This document shows, piece by piece, positions 43,203-55,108 of a stretch of DNA of 64,000 nt (its first letter is position 1; the number at the start of each line of letters is the position of its first letter). The DNA is from Tetramitus jugosus (Eukaryota > Protista > Heterolobosea): positions 124,001 through 188,000 of the forward strand of contig OW569382.1 in NCBI GenBank assembly GCA_937625935.1, read 5' to 3'. A model generated the notes under the pieces. That model saw only the letters and a program-made list of their open reading frames with translations, was not told the DNA's origin and did no database searches. The position numbers were made by a program, and so were the translations under genes.

Positions 43203-46169
43203 TTACAGTGACTTGTCCATCGTGTCTTCAATCTTGGAAACACATTCATTCAGATACCTTACGACTTCTGCTACATTACAGCGATACAGATCGGTATGCA
43301 ATGGAGTCGGCTTCATATCACCAGGTAGAAATTCTTTGCATTTGTCCATTGACTCGAAAACTGAATAGATTGAATCAACTTCGCCTAGATAGGCAATAAT
43401 CTTTTGGTTGTTCACAATGTTCCTTCCGGGTATGTCAGTGCCACTTCCACCGCCTGCGGATCTCGATGTTGGCGAGGTACTATTTCCTCCGACATGTTTA
43501 TCTGCTTGGGGTGTTATTGACCGGTCAATGTTTGTACTTCGCTCCGTGGTGTTTTGTGCTTTCAATTGATCAATAAATTGGCGATTCGACAACTTCATCG
43601 TACTTCTCTTCAAAAGGAATATTCTAAAGGAGCATGTGGCACCAATCAAATAGAGAAGACCAGCAATCCAACCGAAAATGTCACCATAAGCTCTGTATCT
43701 ATGGATGGCTTGAGAGATGATACTGTTGACAAACATGTTTGTCGATGTATAGATACTCAAGGCAGTTGTTCTATCGTTGTACTCCTCGCACATGTGTGCC
43801 ACATCCAAAAACATCACACATGATTTCAGATAGGTTGTCGTTGCCAATGAACGCTTACCCTCTTCGTTGTATCGATCAGCTTCACGCTTCAGTGTTCGTG
43901 CAATGGATTCCTTTGTGGACCATCTCTTCTCTGATACTCCATTGTGAACTGGACTGGGTGATGCCTTGACAGAGGTCACTGGTGATGGTCCTCTCAAGTC
44001 AGTAGTATTCAGTTTGATCTTCTTTGGTTTTCTTTCGTCTTCGTCTGTTTCTCTTCCATTTGATCGAGTTTCTCTCTCACGCTTCGAGTCTCGCCTAGGC
44101 GATGATTCATAGTCATCCTTTCGTCTGTCAGATGTGGAGCCATTCTTGGAGGTTTTTGAGGAAGATGAGTCTCGTGACCTTCTGTCCTCATCTCGCTTAT
44201 ATCTACTATCTTCTGTCTTTGATCGATCATCTGTTCGCCTCCTATCTGCTGGACTTCTTCGTCTCTCTGGACTTCGACGTCGATCATAATCTCTCCTACT
44301 GTCAGACTCTCTCGTATCATCGTGAGAGGATCGTGAATCTCTGCTCGAAGATCTAGTAGAGTCGCGGTCACGGCTCGATCTATCAGCAGACCTCGTTGAA
44401 GAGTCATCGGAGCCTCTTCTTCTTCTGTCATCGCGGGAGCTCTCTGATTCCTTCTCTCTCTTTTCTCTGTCGCGACTCGAACGATCTCTATCCTCTCGGT
44501 CAGTCCTATCCTTTGCTCGTTCGTCTTCACGTTTGCTACTCTTCCTATTATTGCTCTTCTTACTGTCAGATGATTCATCATCGTTGTTGTTCGTTTCGTG
44601 TTTTCGACTGGAGTCAGTACGTGATTTCTTCTTATCATCACTGCTGGAGGATGATTTAATGTTGTCTTCTCCTTCGCTCTTGTACGATTTGGATGATTCG
44701 GAACTAGTGGTTTTTGTGGAAGAGGAGGATGAAGATGATGACTTGGATGAGCTTCCTCGTTTTGTCTCCGAGTCCTTGGAGGATGACTTTTGTTTTTTGC
44801 CAATCTTTTCGTGCTTACTATCCTCGGATGAGTGCTCTGGGGAGGAAGAGTCCCTCCTGGAGGAGTTTCTGCTTTTTGTGCTCTTGGAAAAAGTGGGAGA
44901 GGATGGTGGGGAAGAGGATTCATCATCAGTAGTATGATGATGATGACTTGCCTTACCTCTCACTTCATCACTTGTCTTGGTAGTATCATCCTTGCTTGAC
45001 CTATGATCAGACGTCGTCGACTTTTTCTTTTCAATGTTATGTTGTTCTACAGTGTCGACATGGTTCTGTGTTGCTGCTGCCGTTGTTGCTGTACTCGTTT
45101 CAGTCCTTGTCTTTGGTTTTGTTACAATTTTTACAGTTTTCGCTGGAGGAGCAGGCGTTGTTTCTGATGGCTTTGCGTTCACTGATGATCGCTTTGTCTG
45201 AGAGGTATTCGTCAATGGCACAGGACGATACGATTCTTCTTCTGATTCTTCTTCAGAGTCATTGAATGCGTCCAATTCTGGTGATTTTGCATCTTGATCA
45301 CGACTCGTCGTCGTTGTTGTTGTCTTTTTCAGGGAGTGCGTTTCATTTGCATGGTGTCCATTTGTTGTTGCTGGGTTCTTTCCATTGTGAGATAGGAAGC
45401 TTGGAGGTGGTTGTTGTCTTCTTTGTTGGATCTTGGCGCTTGTCGACTGTAGTTTATCATGTGGAATATCTAGGAGTGGAGAAAGGAGTGTTGGACAGTC
45501 TGATATGGCTTGTATTCGCTGTGTGTGTTTCATAGGAAAAGAAATGAATTGTTGTGTTGGTGTTGTTAGTCACAATAGTTTCATTGTTTTGGGGCACAAA
45601 CGTTCAAATTGCTCACATCTCTATATGAGAGGGAGATTTTTCATCAAAGTGTGAGAAACATACCTTGTATAGTGTGTTGGGACTCTCAGGCAGAGCATCA
45701 CTTGACTTGTTGCTCTTGGACGCGAGATTATCCTTTTGTTTCGATTGCTCTAGGAACATCATCATTGTAGGAGCACTGTTAAACATACTACTATTATATT
45801 ATATATATATATATATACATGAGAGCATAGTGAGTTAGAAGAATGTTCATATTGTCACATGAGAGAAAAACACAAACGACAAAAAATTGTCAAGTGTGAT
45901 AATAATAATAATGATGATGATTACCTTCTTGAAGTGTTGTTGACAGCAGAACTTGTTGTTGTTGTTGTGGATGATGATGGAGCTGTTGTTGTGCTATGAA
46001 GACTCGTACTACTGGGAGGAAGCATAGTGGGAGGACGAGAACCCATGCTCAGAAAGCTCCCAGATTCCTTCACATTGATACCACCATAGACTCTTTCATT
46101 GTTGGATCTAAAAGTGGGTTGGAGCTTGTGCATCTCCTTGAGATTTTTGATTTTATCGTCCAAGCTCAT
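43203..46169 (-). CDS. AF4/FMR2 (AFF)/CWZF-like nuclear scaffold; exons about 46169-45925, 45775-45664, 45518-43203
   Basis: Splice sites give in-frame joins; long S/R/D-rich region; C-terminal helical domain ARTLKREAD...YLKSCVMFL. Confidence 0.65.
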
Positions 46170-46638
46170 GTTATTGTTGGTTGTTTGGTTTTGTTGTTGT
46201 TGTTGTTGTGAATGTATGTGAAAGCTTTCAAGTGTTGGTTGTGGTTGTTGTTATTGTTGTTTCTGTGGAAGAATTTTTGCGACTGTTGCGTTTTGGTCAA
46301 CAACGAGAAATGTTGTAGAAGAGGTGGCGATGGTGGAAAGGTTTGTGTGGATTGAGTTCGTGGTGGTGGTTTGTGGTTGGTTGGTGGTTGTCACGATAGA
46401 GTGTGGATGTTGTTTTTTTGAGTATTGTTTATCTCTGATGCTTTTTCCAAGTTTTCTCTTCTATCCCGCGCTTGAGGTTTTTGTTGTTTGCTGCTCTTTT
46501 CCTGTTTCTGATGCAAACTTTGTGCTTTTTTTGCTTGTTGCGCTCTGTCTCTCAGAGAAATAACGATTTTTTGACATTTGCAATCTCCAATCAAGCACCG
46601 AGTCAACAGAATAGAACAGGAAACACATTGGAATTAAG

Positions 46639-47276
46639 ATGGCACAAGTGACTGAAGAGCAACCGTTGACAACAACGAAGAAGAAGGATATCATTGTCCA
46701 ATACCTGATTGTGCGCCGAGATTTACTCGAGGAGCTAAAATGGCCGACCGGAAGCGTCATTAGCCAAGCGTGTCATGCATCTGTCGCAGGTATGTACGAG
46801 ATCAATATCGGAAACTCCTCAAGTCGAGTTTCTATTCGTGTTGTCTATAAACGTGTTGCACGAGTCTACACATTGTCGTAGTAGTTGTTTGGTTGCTAAT
46901 TACAAAAAAATTTCATTTCCGTTTTTTGTAATTTCTTTCGCTTGCGTTGTAATACACAGTGGTTGCCGAGAATATAAATGATCCATTTGTGCAAGAGTAC
47001 GTCTCTCCTAACAACATTAACCAAATGCACAAGGTTGTAATGCAGGTGAACGATGAGGAACAACTACGAAAGTTACACACAACTTTGGAAGACAAACAAA
47101 TTGTCCATAGAATGTGGGTAGAACAACCCGAGAATTTCCCAACAGGTAAGCAAAAATATCTCTTTCCTTTACTCACACAACTCGACTTAACACAACTCTT
47201 GTAAGCCATTGCTATAAAACCATACCCAAGGTGAATGGTCCAAAAGTTCTTGAAAAAACTCAAGCTTTTCGCTTAA
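46639..47276 (+). CDS. PTRHD1: PTRHD1 (PTH2-family peptidyl-tRNA hydrolase-like); introns 46790-46959 and 47146-47205; in-frame TGA at 47232
   Basis: QYLIVRRDL, SVISQACHA, MHKVV, WVEQPENFPT, IAIKPYP*MVQKFLKKLKLF. Confidence 0.82.
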
Positions 47277-47402
47277 GATTCTCCAAACAACATAGAATAT
47301 GTCAGAAGGTATCTGAATATCTGGCAGTGGAAATAAACTGAACCGCCTTTATCGGAATTGTCCGTCGTTCTACGAAAAATATCTCACATCTCTCGTTCAA
47401 AA

Positions 47403-48283
47403 ATGAAGCCCAGTCGATTTATAGTCATTCTCTTCATTGCCTGTTTAAGTATATTGAACTATATCCACTGTTTTGATGAAACAAATTTCACTTTACCTGC
47501 GTATGACAACTGTGTATTGATTGGAGAAGACAAGAATGTATTTCAATGGAGCATCCGAGGTGAGATGATCTATGGAAGAGCCATTGGATTAGGCGCAGGG
47601 GAAAATGGATGGACTGCTATTGGATTCAGCAGCGGTAAGAGCTTGGTTCATAATTTTTGATAATATATCGTCAATATCAATCTGACACTCTATCTCAAAT
47701 AGGATATGCCTATGAGGAGAAACCTGTTGAAGTTGATGTTGCCGGTGTTCCCAAGATGAAAGGAGCTACGATCTACATGGGATACAAAGATCCGCTGAAT
47801 AATATTGCTATCAATGAGTATTTTGCTACAAGTTACCAACAGCCCTACACTATACCAGAAGACATGTACAAGCTTAATATTTCGCTTGGTAGAGCAGGGC
47901 TTGGTGAATCTGGAGCGTTTCACTTGGTATTTGCGCGACCTCTGACCACAACTGATAACTATCCGCAGTACTATCAGTTTGTCCCAGGGGACAAGTCGAA
48001 CCTGTTGTTTGCCAAGCACCCAACATACACCCCATCAAATCCAAATGACTTTGAAAGACATTCCATTGCCGAACTTAGAAAGATTGATTTCTTTGCGAGT
48101 TACAGAGAGTGCAGTTCAGTACCACCAGCAACACTCATTCTGCCAAGCTATCAGTCGGTGTTGAACATTACGTCAGAAGAGGTGCATATCAGAGGTGAAG
48201 GTCATCCAGCAGGAGGACCATCCTTGTTTATTCTGTTGATTGCCTTGGTTCTTGCTATCATTACTACCCTCATTCTCCCTTAG
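47403..48283 (+). CDS. secreted/membrane-anchored DOMON-domain protein; intron about 47636-47702
   Basis: Signal peptide, GWTAIGFS, MKGATIYMGY, FARPL, C-terminal hydrophobic anchor. Confidence 0.75.
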
Positions 48284-48593
48284 TGCTCAGGTCAACCAAT
48301 TAGTGACCAACATCACGCAATACAAAAAAGAGTACTCACTTGTATTTTTGTGTCATGTGCTGTTCTTCCTTATTTTTAGACATCGGATGATCCGGATCAC
48401 TTTTTTCGAGCCGGCGTGATCATGGAATGTTGGAAGGATTCCAGTTTTCTGTTTCCCCAAAAAATCTCCTGGGAAAGAAAGCTCGATTATCCTTGGCTTC
48501 CCTTTAATAACACACCATCCCACCCAGCAACAACAAAAGAAAAACAACAACAACAACACAATACTACGATAAAATCACAGATCTGAACACAAC

Positions 48594-49682
48594 ATGCACG
48601 GATTCAAGAAAGCCATTGGAAGAACCACACAAAAGGTAAAGAGAACTGTTCGCAGTCAATCTGCTCACAAGGATCCAGAGTTTGACATGCTCATGCACAG
48701 TGTGAACCAACAAGAGAAGACATTGACTCAATTCGATAAGCACATTGTCGAGTTGACCAGAAGCTTGGAAGCACAAGTTACGATTGCCAGAAGTATGATC
48801 CACGACTACAGAATGGTCTACTCCAAGGAAGGTGTCACTGTATCTGCCACATCCATGTCACGAGATGACGATCATGAACTTGTGAACCAATTGGCACCAA
48901 TTGTGGAGAAGATGGACAGAGAAGTCGTTAGACCATTTATTGACAAGTGCAGCACAAGAGTTCAACAACCAATTCGTGAATATGTTGCAGAGTTGTCAGA
49001 GGCCAAGACTGGCATTACCAAGACAAGACACAACAAGTTGTTGGACTATGAAATGTACAGAGACAAGTACAACAACGCATCTACCAACACAAAGTTCACT
49101 GTTCAACAAGTAGAGGAAGCACGTATGGCATTTGAGAATGCAAGAGTTTCCTTCGATGAGATTGATCAACAAGTGAAGCACATGTTGAGAGAAGTTGTCG
49201 TCAAGAGATACACTGTTTTCCATCCTTTGGTCGCTTCTCTGTATGGTGAAATGTTGGCCGAGTACTATGAATCATTGGCTTCATTTGGATCTCTCATGAG
49301 AAGAATTCGTTCCACTAGAGCGCCAGAAACCGTCATGCCTGAGCCATTCCGTTGGGGTGGTGACGCTGATTTTGAACCTGAGCCTTATCCTACGACATCC
49401 TCCTATACTAGCACTACAACTACTACCACTCATGTTTTGCCACCCAACCCTACTAGAGTCACTCCACCTGTTCCAAGCTTTGGAGGTGTCGTACCACCAC
49501 ACTTGAACAAGGAGTGGTACTTCTTGGATGCCAACAATGAACAGAGAGGACCTGTGGCTGTTCCAGACTTGAAGCGATTGTTCAGAAGTGGTGAAGTCAA
49601 TGCCAATACTTATATTGTGACTGAAGGTATGGGCAATTGGGAGATCCTAGGAGCCCACGAGTTGAACAAGTACGTGCAATAG
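48594..49682 (+). CDS. N-BAR domain protein with C-terminal GYF_2 (DUF4339) domain
   Basis: GFKKAIGRTTQ amphipathic start, KDPEFD, RHNKLLDY; WYFLDANNEQRGPV...TYIVTEGMGNW. Confidence 0.8.
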   Translation: MHGFKKAIGRTTQKVKRTVRSQSAHKDPEFDMLMHSVNQQEKTLTQFDKHIVELTRSLEAQVTIARSMIHDYRMVYSKEGVTVSATSMSRDDDHELVNQLAPIVEKMDREVVRPFIDKCSTRVQQPIREYVAELSEAKTGITKTRHNKLLDYEMYRDKYNNASTNTKFTVQQVEEARMAFENARVSFDEIDQQVKHMLREVVVKRYTVFHPLVASLYGEMLAEYYESLASFGSLMRRIRSTRAPETVMPEPFRWGGDADFEPEPYPTTSSYTSTTTTTTHVLPPNPTRVTPPVPSFGGVVPPHLNKEWYFLDANNEQRGPVAVPDLKRLFRSGEVNANTYIVTEGMGNWEILGAHELNKYVQ

Positions 49683-49961
49683 AACTTACACAGTGCTTCA
49701 CAAATCATAATCATTTGATTACAATTTTGTAAATACATTTTCATGAATTCCATCCAAAGCAATACGTTTTGCCACCTTACGTCATGAGTCGGTCAATTTT
49801 TCTTGTCAAAATTTCCGGCGAATGATCAAACAGCGGATAAACACAAACTCGTTGCGCACCAACCACAGTCCGACACGAAAAAAAAACCAAAAAAAAAACC
49901 AAAAAAAAAACGAAGACAAACAACAGAACAACAACAACATAGCAACTATACATTACTGAAA

Positions 49962-51065
49962 ATGACCTCCAATAACAGCGACGTTCCAGAAAATGCCAAT
50001 GAAGAGTGCGTTGGTCCACAGAGTGAAATGGCAGGAAAAGCTTCCAGTTGTTCCGGCTGTCCCAATCAATCACTGTGTTCCTCTGGTGCCACTCAAGGTG
50101 AAGACCCTGCTATTGAACAAATTCAACAAGCAATGAGCATTGTGAAACACAAGCTTTTGATTCTGAGTGGAAAAGGCGGCGTGGGAAAATCTACTTTTAG
50201 CACACAACTGACATTGGCACTCGGATTGAGTGAAAAAGTGTTGCAACGTGTGAGAACAGCAGCAAGCAGTAACAACAACAACTCGAGTCATTCAAGTAAT
50301 AGCAACAACAACAACAACAATCATCATGTGAATAACAACAACATTAGTGATGATGATGAAGATGATGCGTTTGAGGATGAATCTCCGACACAAGTCGGAA
50401 TATTAGACATTGATTTGTGTGGACCGAGTGTGCCTCGAATGTTTGGTCTAGAAGGTCAGCAACTCCATCAGAGTAATCTAGGCTGGTCACCTGCCTACTA
50501 TCAAGACAATGTTGCTGTGATTAGCATTGGTTTCATGTTGCCCAATCTGGATGATCCAGTCATTTGGCGTGGACCAAAGAAAAATGGTCTCATTAAGCAA
50601 TTTTTGAGAGATGTCTACTGGGGAGACTACTTGGACTATCTAGTGATTGATACACCTCCTGGAACAAGTGACGAACACATTACAGTTGTCCAGTACTTGA
50701 AGAATGCAGGGTTGGATGGTGCTGTGATCATTACGACGCCTCAGGACGTCAGTTGTATTGATGTACGTCGTGAGATTAGCTTTTGTAAAAAGGTGGGCAT
50801 ACCTATCTTGGGTCTAGTGGAGAACATGAGTGGTTTCGTCTGTCCCAAGTGCAGCCACGAGTCCTTTATCTTTAGACCAACGAGTGGCGGTGGAGAAAAG
50901 TTGGCCAAGGACACTGACATACCATTCTTGGGTAAGATACCGTTGGACCCTCAAGTGATGCACGCATGTGAGACTGGAAAGAGTATTTTGAAGGAGTATC
51001 CATCTTCTCCGGCTTCTAGGGCACTGCTGGAGATTGTGGACAAGTTGAAACAACCAAACATGTAA
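49962..51065 (+). CDS. NUBP1: cytosolic Fe-S assembly factor NBP35/NUBP1
   Basis: N-terminal C-x13-CxxCx5[46 protein letters not shown]. Confidence 0.93.
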   Translation: MTSNNSDVPENANEECVGPQSEMAGKASSCSGCPNQSLCSSGATQGEDPAIEQIQQAMSIVKHKLLILSGKGGVGKSTFSTQLTLALGLSEKVLQRVRTAASSNNNNSSHSSNSNNNNNNHHVNNNNISDDDEDDAFEDESPTQVGILDIDLCGPSVPRMFGLEGQQLHQSNLGWSPAYYQDNVAVISIGFMLPNLDDPVIWRGPKKNGLIKQFLRDVYWGDYLDYLVIDTPPGTSDEHITVVQYLKNAGLDGAVIITTPQDVSCIDVRREISFCKKVGIPILGLVENMSGFVCPKCSHESFIFRPTSGGGEKLAKDTDIPFLGKIPLDPQVMHACETGKSILKEYPSSPASRALLEIVDKLKQPNM

Positions 51066-51208
51066 GATAAATAAAAACTGCAAATGATGTTCGTCATCAT
51101 CACATTGTTCATCCCTTTGAAACCATGTTATTACATCTCTGTAATTCTTCCGTTATCATCTCTCGCAAATCTCGACAGAGCCATTTTTAGTTCCTGATCT
51201 GCCCAATC

Positions 51209-52226
51209 ATGTTGGTTGCTCTCAGATCCAGCGACAATAACAACAAAACATCAGCAACAAAAGACAATAGCAACGAAATGCAACACCAAATTCCAAGATC
51301 CTTTTCCAAGCACGACAACCAACAGTGGTTTCGTCAGAACAAACCATTGGCCATCATTGCTGCCTTCGTAGCAACTGTCGTCTTTGTTCTCATTGTAAAA
51401 AGTTTTTTGTCTTCTCCACCTGCTGTGCCCAAGGAGAATGTATATATGACCACGAGTGAGGAAATTCAAGTCAGAGAAAGAATTGATCCTAGCTTTTATC
51501 AAGAACCGTTGAGTTGGCGTCCCAGAGTGTTCCGCATCAAGAATTTGTTGTCTGCTGGGGAGTGTGATCGATTGATACAAGTGTCGATGGGTCGGTTGAC
51601 CAAATCTGAGGTGTACAATCCCGCAACTTCGAACAGTGCCACATCGATGGCAAGCAGAACAATTTTTACTGGGATGAAAACGTTTTTGAGAAGTGATGAA
51701 ACAGTTTGGTTAGACGGCAGAATTGCCCAACTGTTGCACTTGCCTTACGAGTATGGAGAGGACTTTGTCGTTAGAAAGTTGAGTGTAGGTGATGCAGAGT
51801 TGAAGCACGTGGATTATTATGCTCCAGGAGAGTCAGCCGAAGTGGACAAGATGTTGAACAGACATGGCAACAGATACGCCACATTGATCATGTATTTGAA
51901 TGATGATTACACTGGTGGTGAGCTGAAATTTAGTCAGGCTGTCCAACCATTCCAGATACCAAAGATGAACAAGGGTGATGCCCTATTGTACTTTAATACA
52001 GATACGAATGCTAGATTGGATCCTTTGACGGAGCACGAAGCCTCTCCTATCATCACAGGAACGAAATGGATTGCAGTGAAGTGGTTAAGACAGGTATGTA
52101 TTTCTTTCATTGCTAACACTGTGTTGGCGTGCTGGGTCATGAAAATGTGTATCTAACTCCTTGTTCAATCTATGATAGAAAAAATGGAAGTTGAGTGAAG
52201 AGGAAATTGCCAGACTCAATGAATAA
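51209..52226 (+). CDS. type II membrane prolyl 4-hydroxylase-like 2OG-Fe(II) oxygenase; intron 52094-52178
   Basis: LSWRPRVF, HVD, RYATLIMYLND..GGE, KGDALL, HEASPI..GTKW. Confidence 0.85.
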
Positions 52227-52286
52227 AGTTGAACGTTGTATCATTAATGAAATAATTCCAAAAAATCACCCAAGACCATATTTTTT

Positions 52287-52602
52287 TGCGAGCAAATGTC
52301 TATCCAACAAGAAATACTGAATACATTCGCTCGACCTGGCACTGACACAGCAACCGCGTCCAACAATAGCTAATGTTCCGCAAGGAAAGAATTTGGCGAG
52401 GATTGTCATTGGACAAGCTTCAGCCTTTATGGCTCAGATGTGTCAGCATAACAGAACCTAGCAATAGGGGGGAGGATAGGAAACGATTGGTGAACTTTGA
52501 CGAGCTGTGAGATCCTCTGTGTTCATGATTCATGAAACAGCACTCGGTTCACTTGTTTCCCAGCCGTTCGCACCCAGCGATTCAGAACACCACTGTCTCG
52601 CA
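52287..52602 (+). ncRNA. highly structured ncRNA candidate, family unassigned
   Basis: Around ten compatible helices, two GCAA tetraloops, G-U pairs favouring the + strand, located between convergent genes. Confidence 0.55.
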
Positions 52603-52618
52603 CAATCAGAAACAACAT

Positions 52619-53575
52619 TTATTCAGTTTTGGTTTTGCGGCTCGTTGTTTTCTTCTTCTCTTGTTGTGGTTTGTCGTTGTTGGTTGTGATAGACTTCTTG
52701 GATCGGACCTCTGGTTGACTCGTTGTCGAAGGCTTCTTCGTTGACAACCATCTCGACTTGAACAACTTCCACAGAGCAAGGGTAGCAAACACCGTGTCAG
52801 CTACAACAGAAGGGAATGCACCTGAGCAGAACGAACTTCCACTCTTCATTGAAATCAATGCAGCTACTCTCATGACGTACAGCAACACCAGAGACAAATC
52901 TGAAAGATCCTCAATTGCCTTCACAATCGATCTCTCGAATCCCAGTACCTGAGCCAGTTGAATCAAGAAGGAAGAGAACAAATTTCTAAGAACAACGACC
53001 CAATTGTATCCCACTCGTTGGAAAATGATGATCCATGAAGCCATCACTCTACGGATCGTTGTGAACAGCTCTTCTTTGCCATAGACCTCAGTTTGTGGTA
53101 TTTGAATCAATACTTGAAGCAAATTGAGCAAATAAGCCAAATAGACCAAGTAGTTGACCTGAGACAATGCAAAGAACTGACAAAACTCTTCAATCGGATG
53201 CTCCTGAACGGCCTTAATAATGCTCATGGCCAAATAGGACTCCAGAAACGCCATTATCATTGGGTGAACCCTTGATAGTAACTCATTCTTCTTCTTTTGT
53301 TGTTTCTTTTGCTTTTGCTGCTGTTGTTGCTTTTTCTTGACCATTGCAGCCTTGTCACCTTTCTTCAAATCAGCTACTGACTCAGTCACCTTATTGCTCT
53401 GCTCTTGATCTTGCTGTGCCTTGTTATCTGCTGCTTGCTTGGATGAAACCATCCATTTGCTTGCAATAATCGTCAACAAAGTGAACGATACTGGGACGTA
53501 CCATTGCATCAACAAGTAGTCTCTTGGTTCAAACGTATAGTTTGCTTTTTCACCTTGTGGTGTTGGATAGGACAT
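52619..53575 (-). CDS. multi-pass membrane protein, divergent ELO/GNS1/SUR4-like lacking the HxxHH motif
   Basis: TM spacing and ELO-like motifs (WYVP, VHPMIMAFL, VYLAYLLNLLQVL, VLRNLF); Lys-rich ER-retrieval-like C-terminus KTKTE. Confidence 0.5.
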   Translation of the reverse strand: MSYPTPQGEKANYTFEPRDYLLMQWYVPVSFTLLTIIASKWMVSSKQAADNKAQQDQEQSNKVTESVADLKKGDKAAMVKKKQQQQQKQKKQQKKKNELLSRVHPMIMAFLESYLAMSIIKAVQEHPIEEFCQFFALSQVNYLVYLAYLLNLLQVLIQIPQTEVYGKEELFTTIRRVMASWIIIFQRVGYNWVVVLRNLFSSFLIQLAQVLGFERSIVKAIEDLSDLSLVLLYVMRVAALISMKSGSSFCSGAFPSVVADTVFATLALWKLFKSRWLSTKKPSTTSQPEVRSKKSITTNNDKPQQEKKKTTSRKTKTE

Positions 53576-53716
53576 GTGTTTGGCTTGGTAGTTGCTCTGT
53601 GATCTCTTTCCACGTCACACAATGATACTTGTTGAGGACACTTGTGGTTTTCTTCAGCTTTGTTCGAAAGATCAAAGAAATGATTCCCCGAATAGCCAAA
53701 AATTAGCAGAAAACTG

Positions 53717-54970
53717 ATGGGTAAGAAAAAGAAAGCAACAAGCAATAGCAACACGAGTAGTTCTGTTGAAGATGTGTCCTCTCAGGACAGCAAGTCTTCA
53801 AAGGACAACTTGAATCTAGAAGAAACTGCAAATTCAACTATGACCAAGAATGAAGCAAATCTCAAAAAGGACGAATTAAGCGACGTAAAAGCAAAGGACA
53901 ATGGTTCAGGTTCAGAAGCTGCCGAGAAAGTAAGTGATCACAAGGGTAAAAGCAGTGGTAGCACAACAAGTAAGCGTGCACAAGATCGAAGAGATACTGC
54001 CATATCAGTCTTTATTGCAAGCTTGTGTCTGTTGACTGTGGTGCTTGTTTCCTATCAGACTCAAAAGGACTATATCCTGGTGATTCCGATGTGTCTCGTC
54101 TGCCCCGTTGTTCTCTATGAATTGTTTTTGTGGATGAAGGGCATGTACAAGAGCAGATTTGGTGTCTATGAAGAAGGAGTGAAGAGAGCCGTTCGGTTCG
54201 TGTCAGAGCAACAAATGCTGATTCATCACACTCTAGTATCCCAGGAAGATGAATCGAGCTTTGAAAAATTGTCTGAGACACCAGAACAGGACCTGAAGAA
54301 GCAAAAGAGAATTGCGCTCATGTTTGTTCGCATCTTGTACTCTTTGACGTACATTACTTTCGGGTGTGTCATCTTGTTCTTCACCTATGAAACACTTGAA
54401 AGCTCCTACTATGGCTCAAAGGACATGTACGATGTGAAACAAAACATTGTGAGTGAATTACAAGGTAATTTATTGCAACAGTTTTGTTGCCCCAGAAAAA
54501 CAATTTCGGATCAACGGATTCGACAGTATTTACAAACTCAGATCACATCTGCGCTCCAGCACTATCACATTCGTGATTTGTTAGATGACCCTTCTTCTGC
54601 AATTGCGCTCAACAGGCAATGCTCACACAAGGACGAGAAGAATATTGATCCGAATAGAAAAAATCAGCTGCAAGGCACATTGGATCAGTTGACTGAATCG
54701 GTGTTAGATGTCCTTGAGCACAACACTGGATTCAAGTATGATCCCGATGCGGGAACATGGGAATGGCTATTTGACTTCAAGCCGATTGATGTTCTAAAAG
54801 TAAGTTATCTTCTTTTCTCTCGTTCTGTTTATGTTTGTGGTCCACTAATCGACACCAAACTTGTTCATATCAATTCATAGTATCATCGACTGAAATACGA
54901 TCTGGGAATGCATGACCGAGTACAAGCGTTCTTCAAACGATTGACAAAAGGCTTTGGTCTCACTCACTAA
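53717..54970 (+). CDS. hypothetical membrane protein (3 TM); intron 54801-54880
   Basis: Long ORF, GTAAGT..TAG intron, short last exon ending TAA 54970. Confidence 0.65.
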
Positions 54971-55108
54971 ATAATTATTAAAATGCGTTCGTTCGTTCTT
55001 GAAAAAACAAGTTCTGATTATCTGCTCCTTCTCTTAATGAAGCAAATTCCTATCTGCTATCACCTATTCTATCATATTACAACACCTTATTTACACACCG
55101 ACTACATC

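Noticed and set aside
44009-44926. 305-aa alternative-frame ORF inside the S/R/D-rich gene
   Set aside because: Shadow frame produced by low-complexity codon usage
52416-52465. Partial U2-like (GCCTTT.TGGCT.AGAT) and U6-like (ACAGA..TAGCA) words
   Set aside because: No GTAGTA branch-pairing sequence, ACAGAGA box or Sm site; treated as part of the unassigned structured RNA
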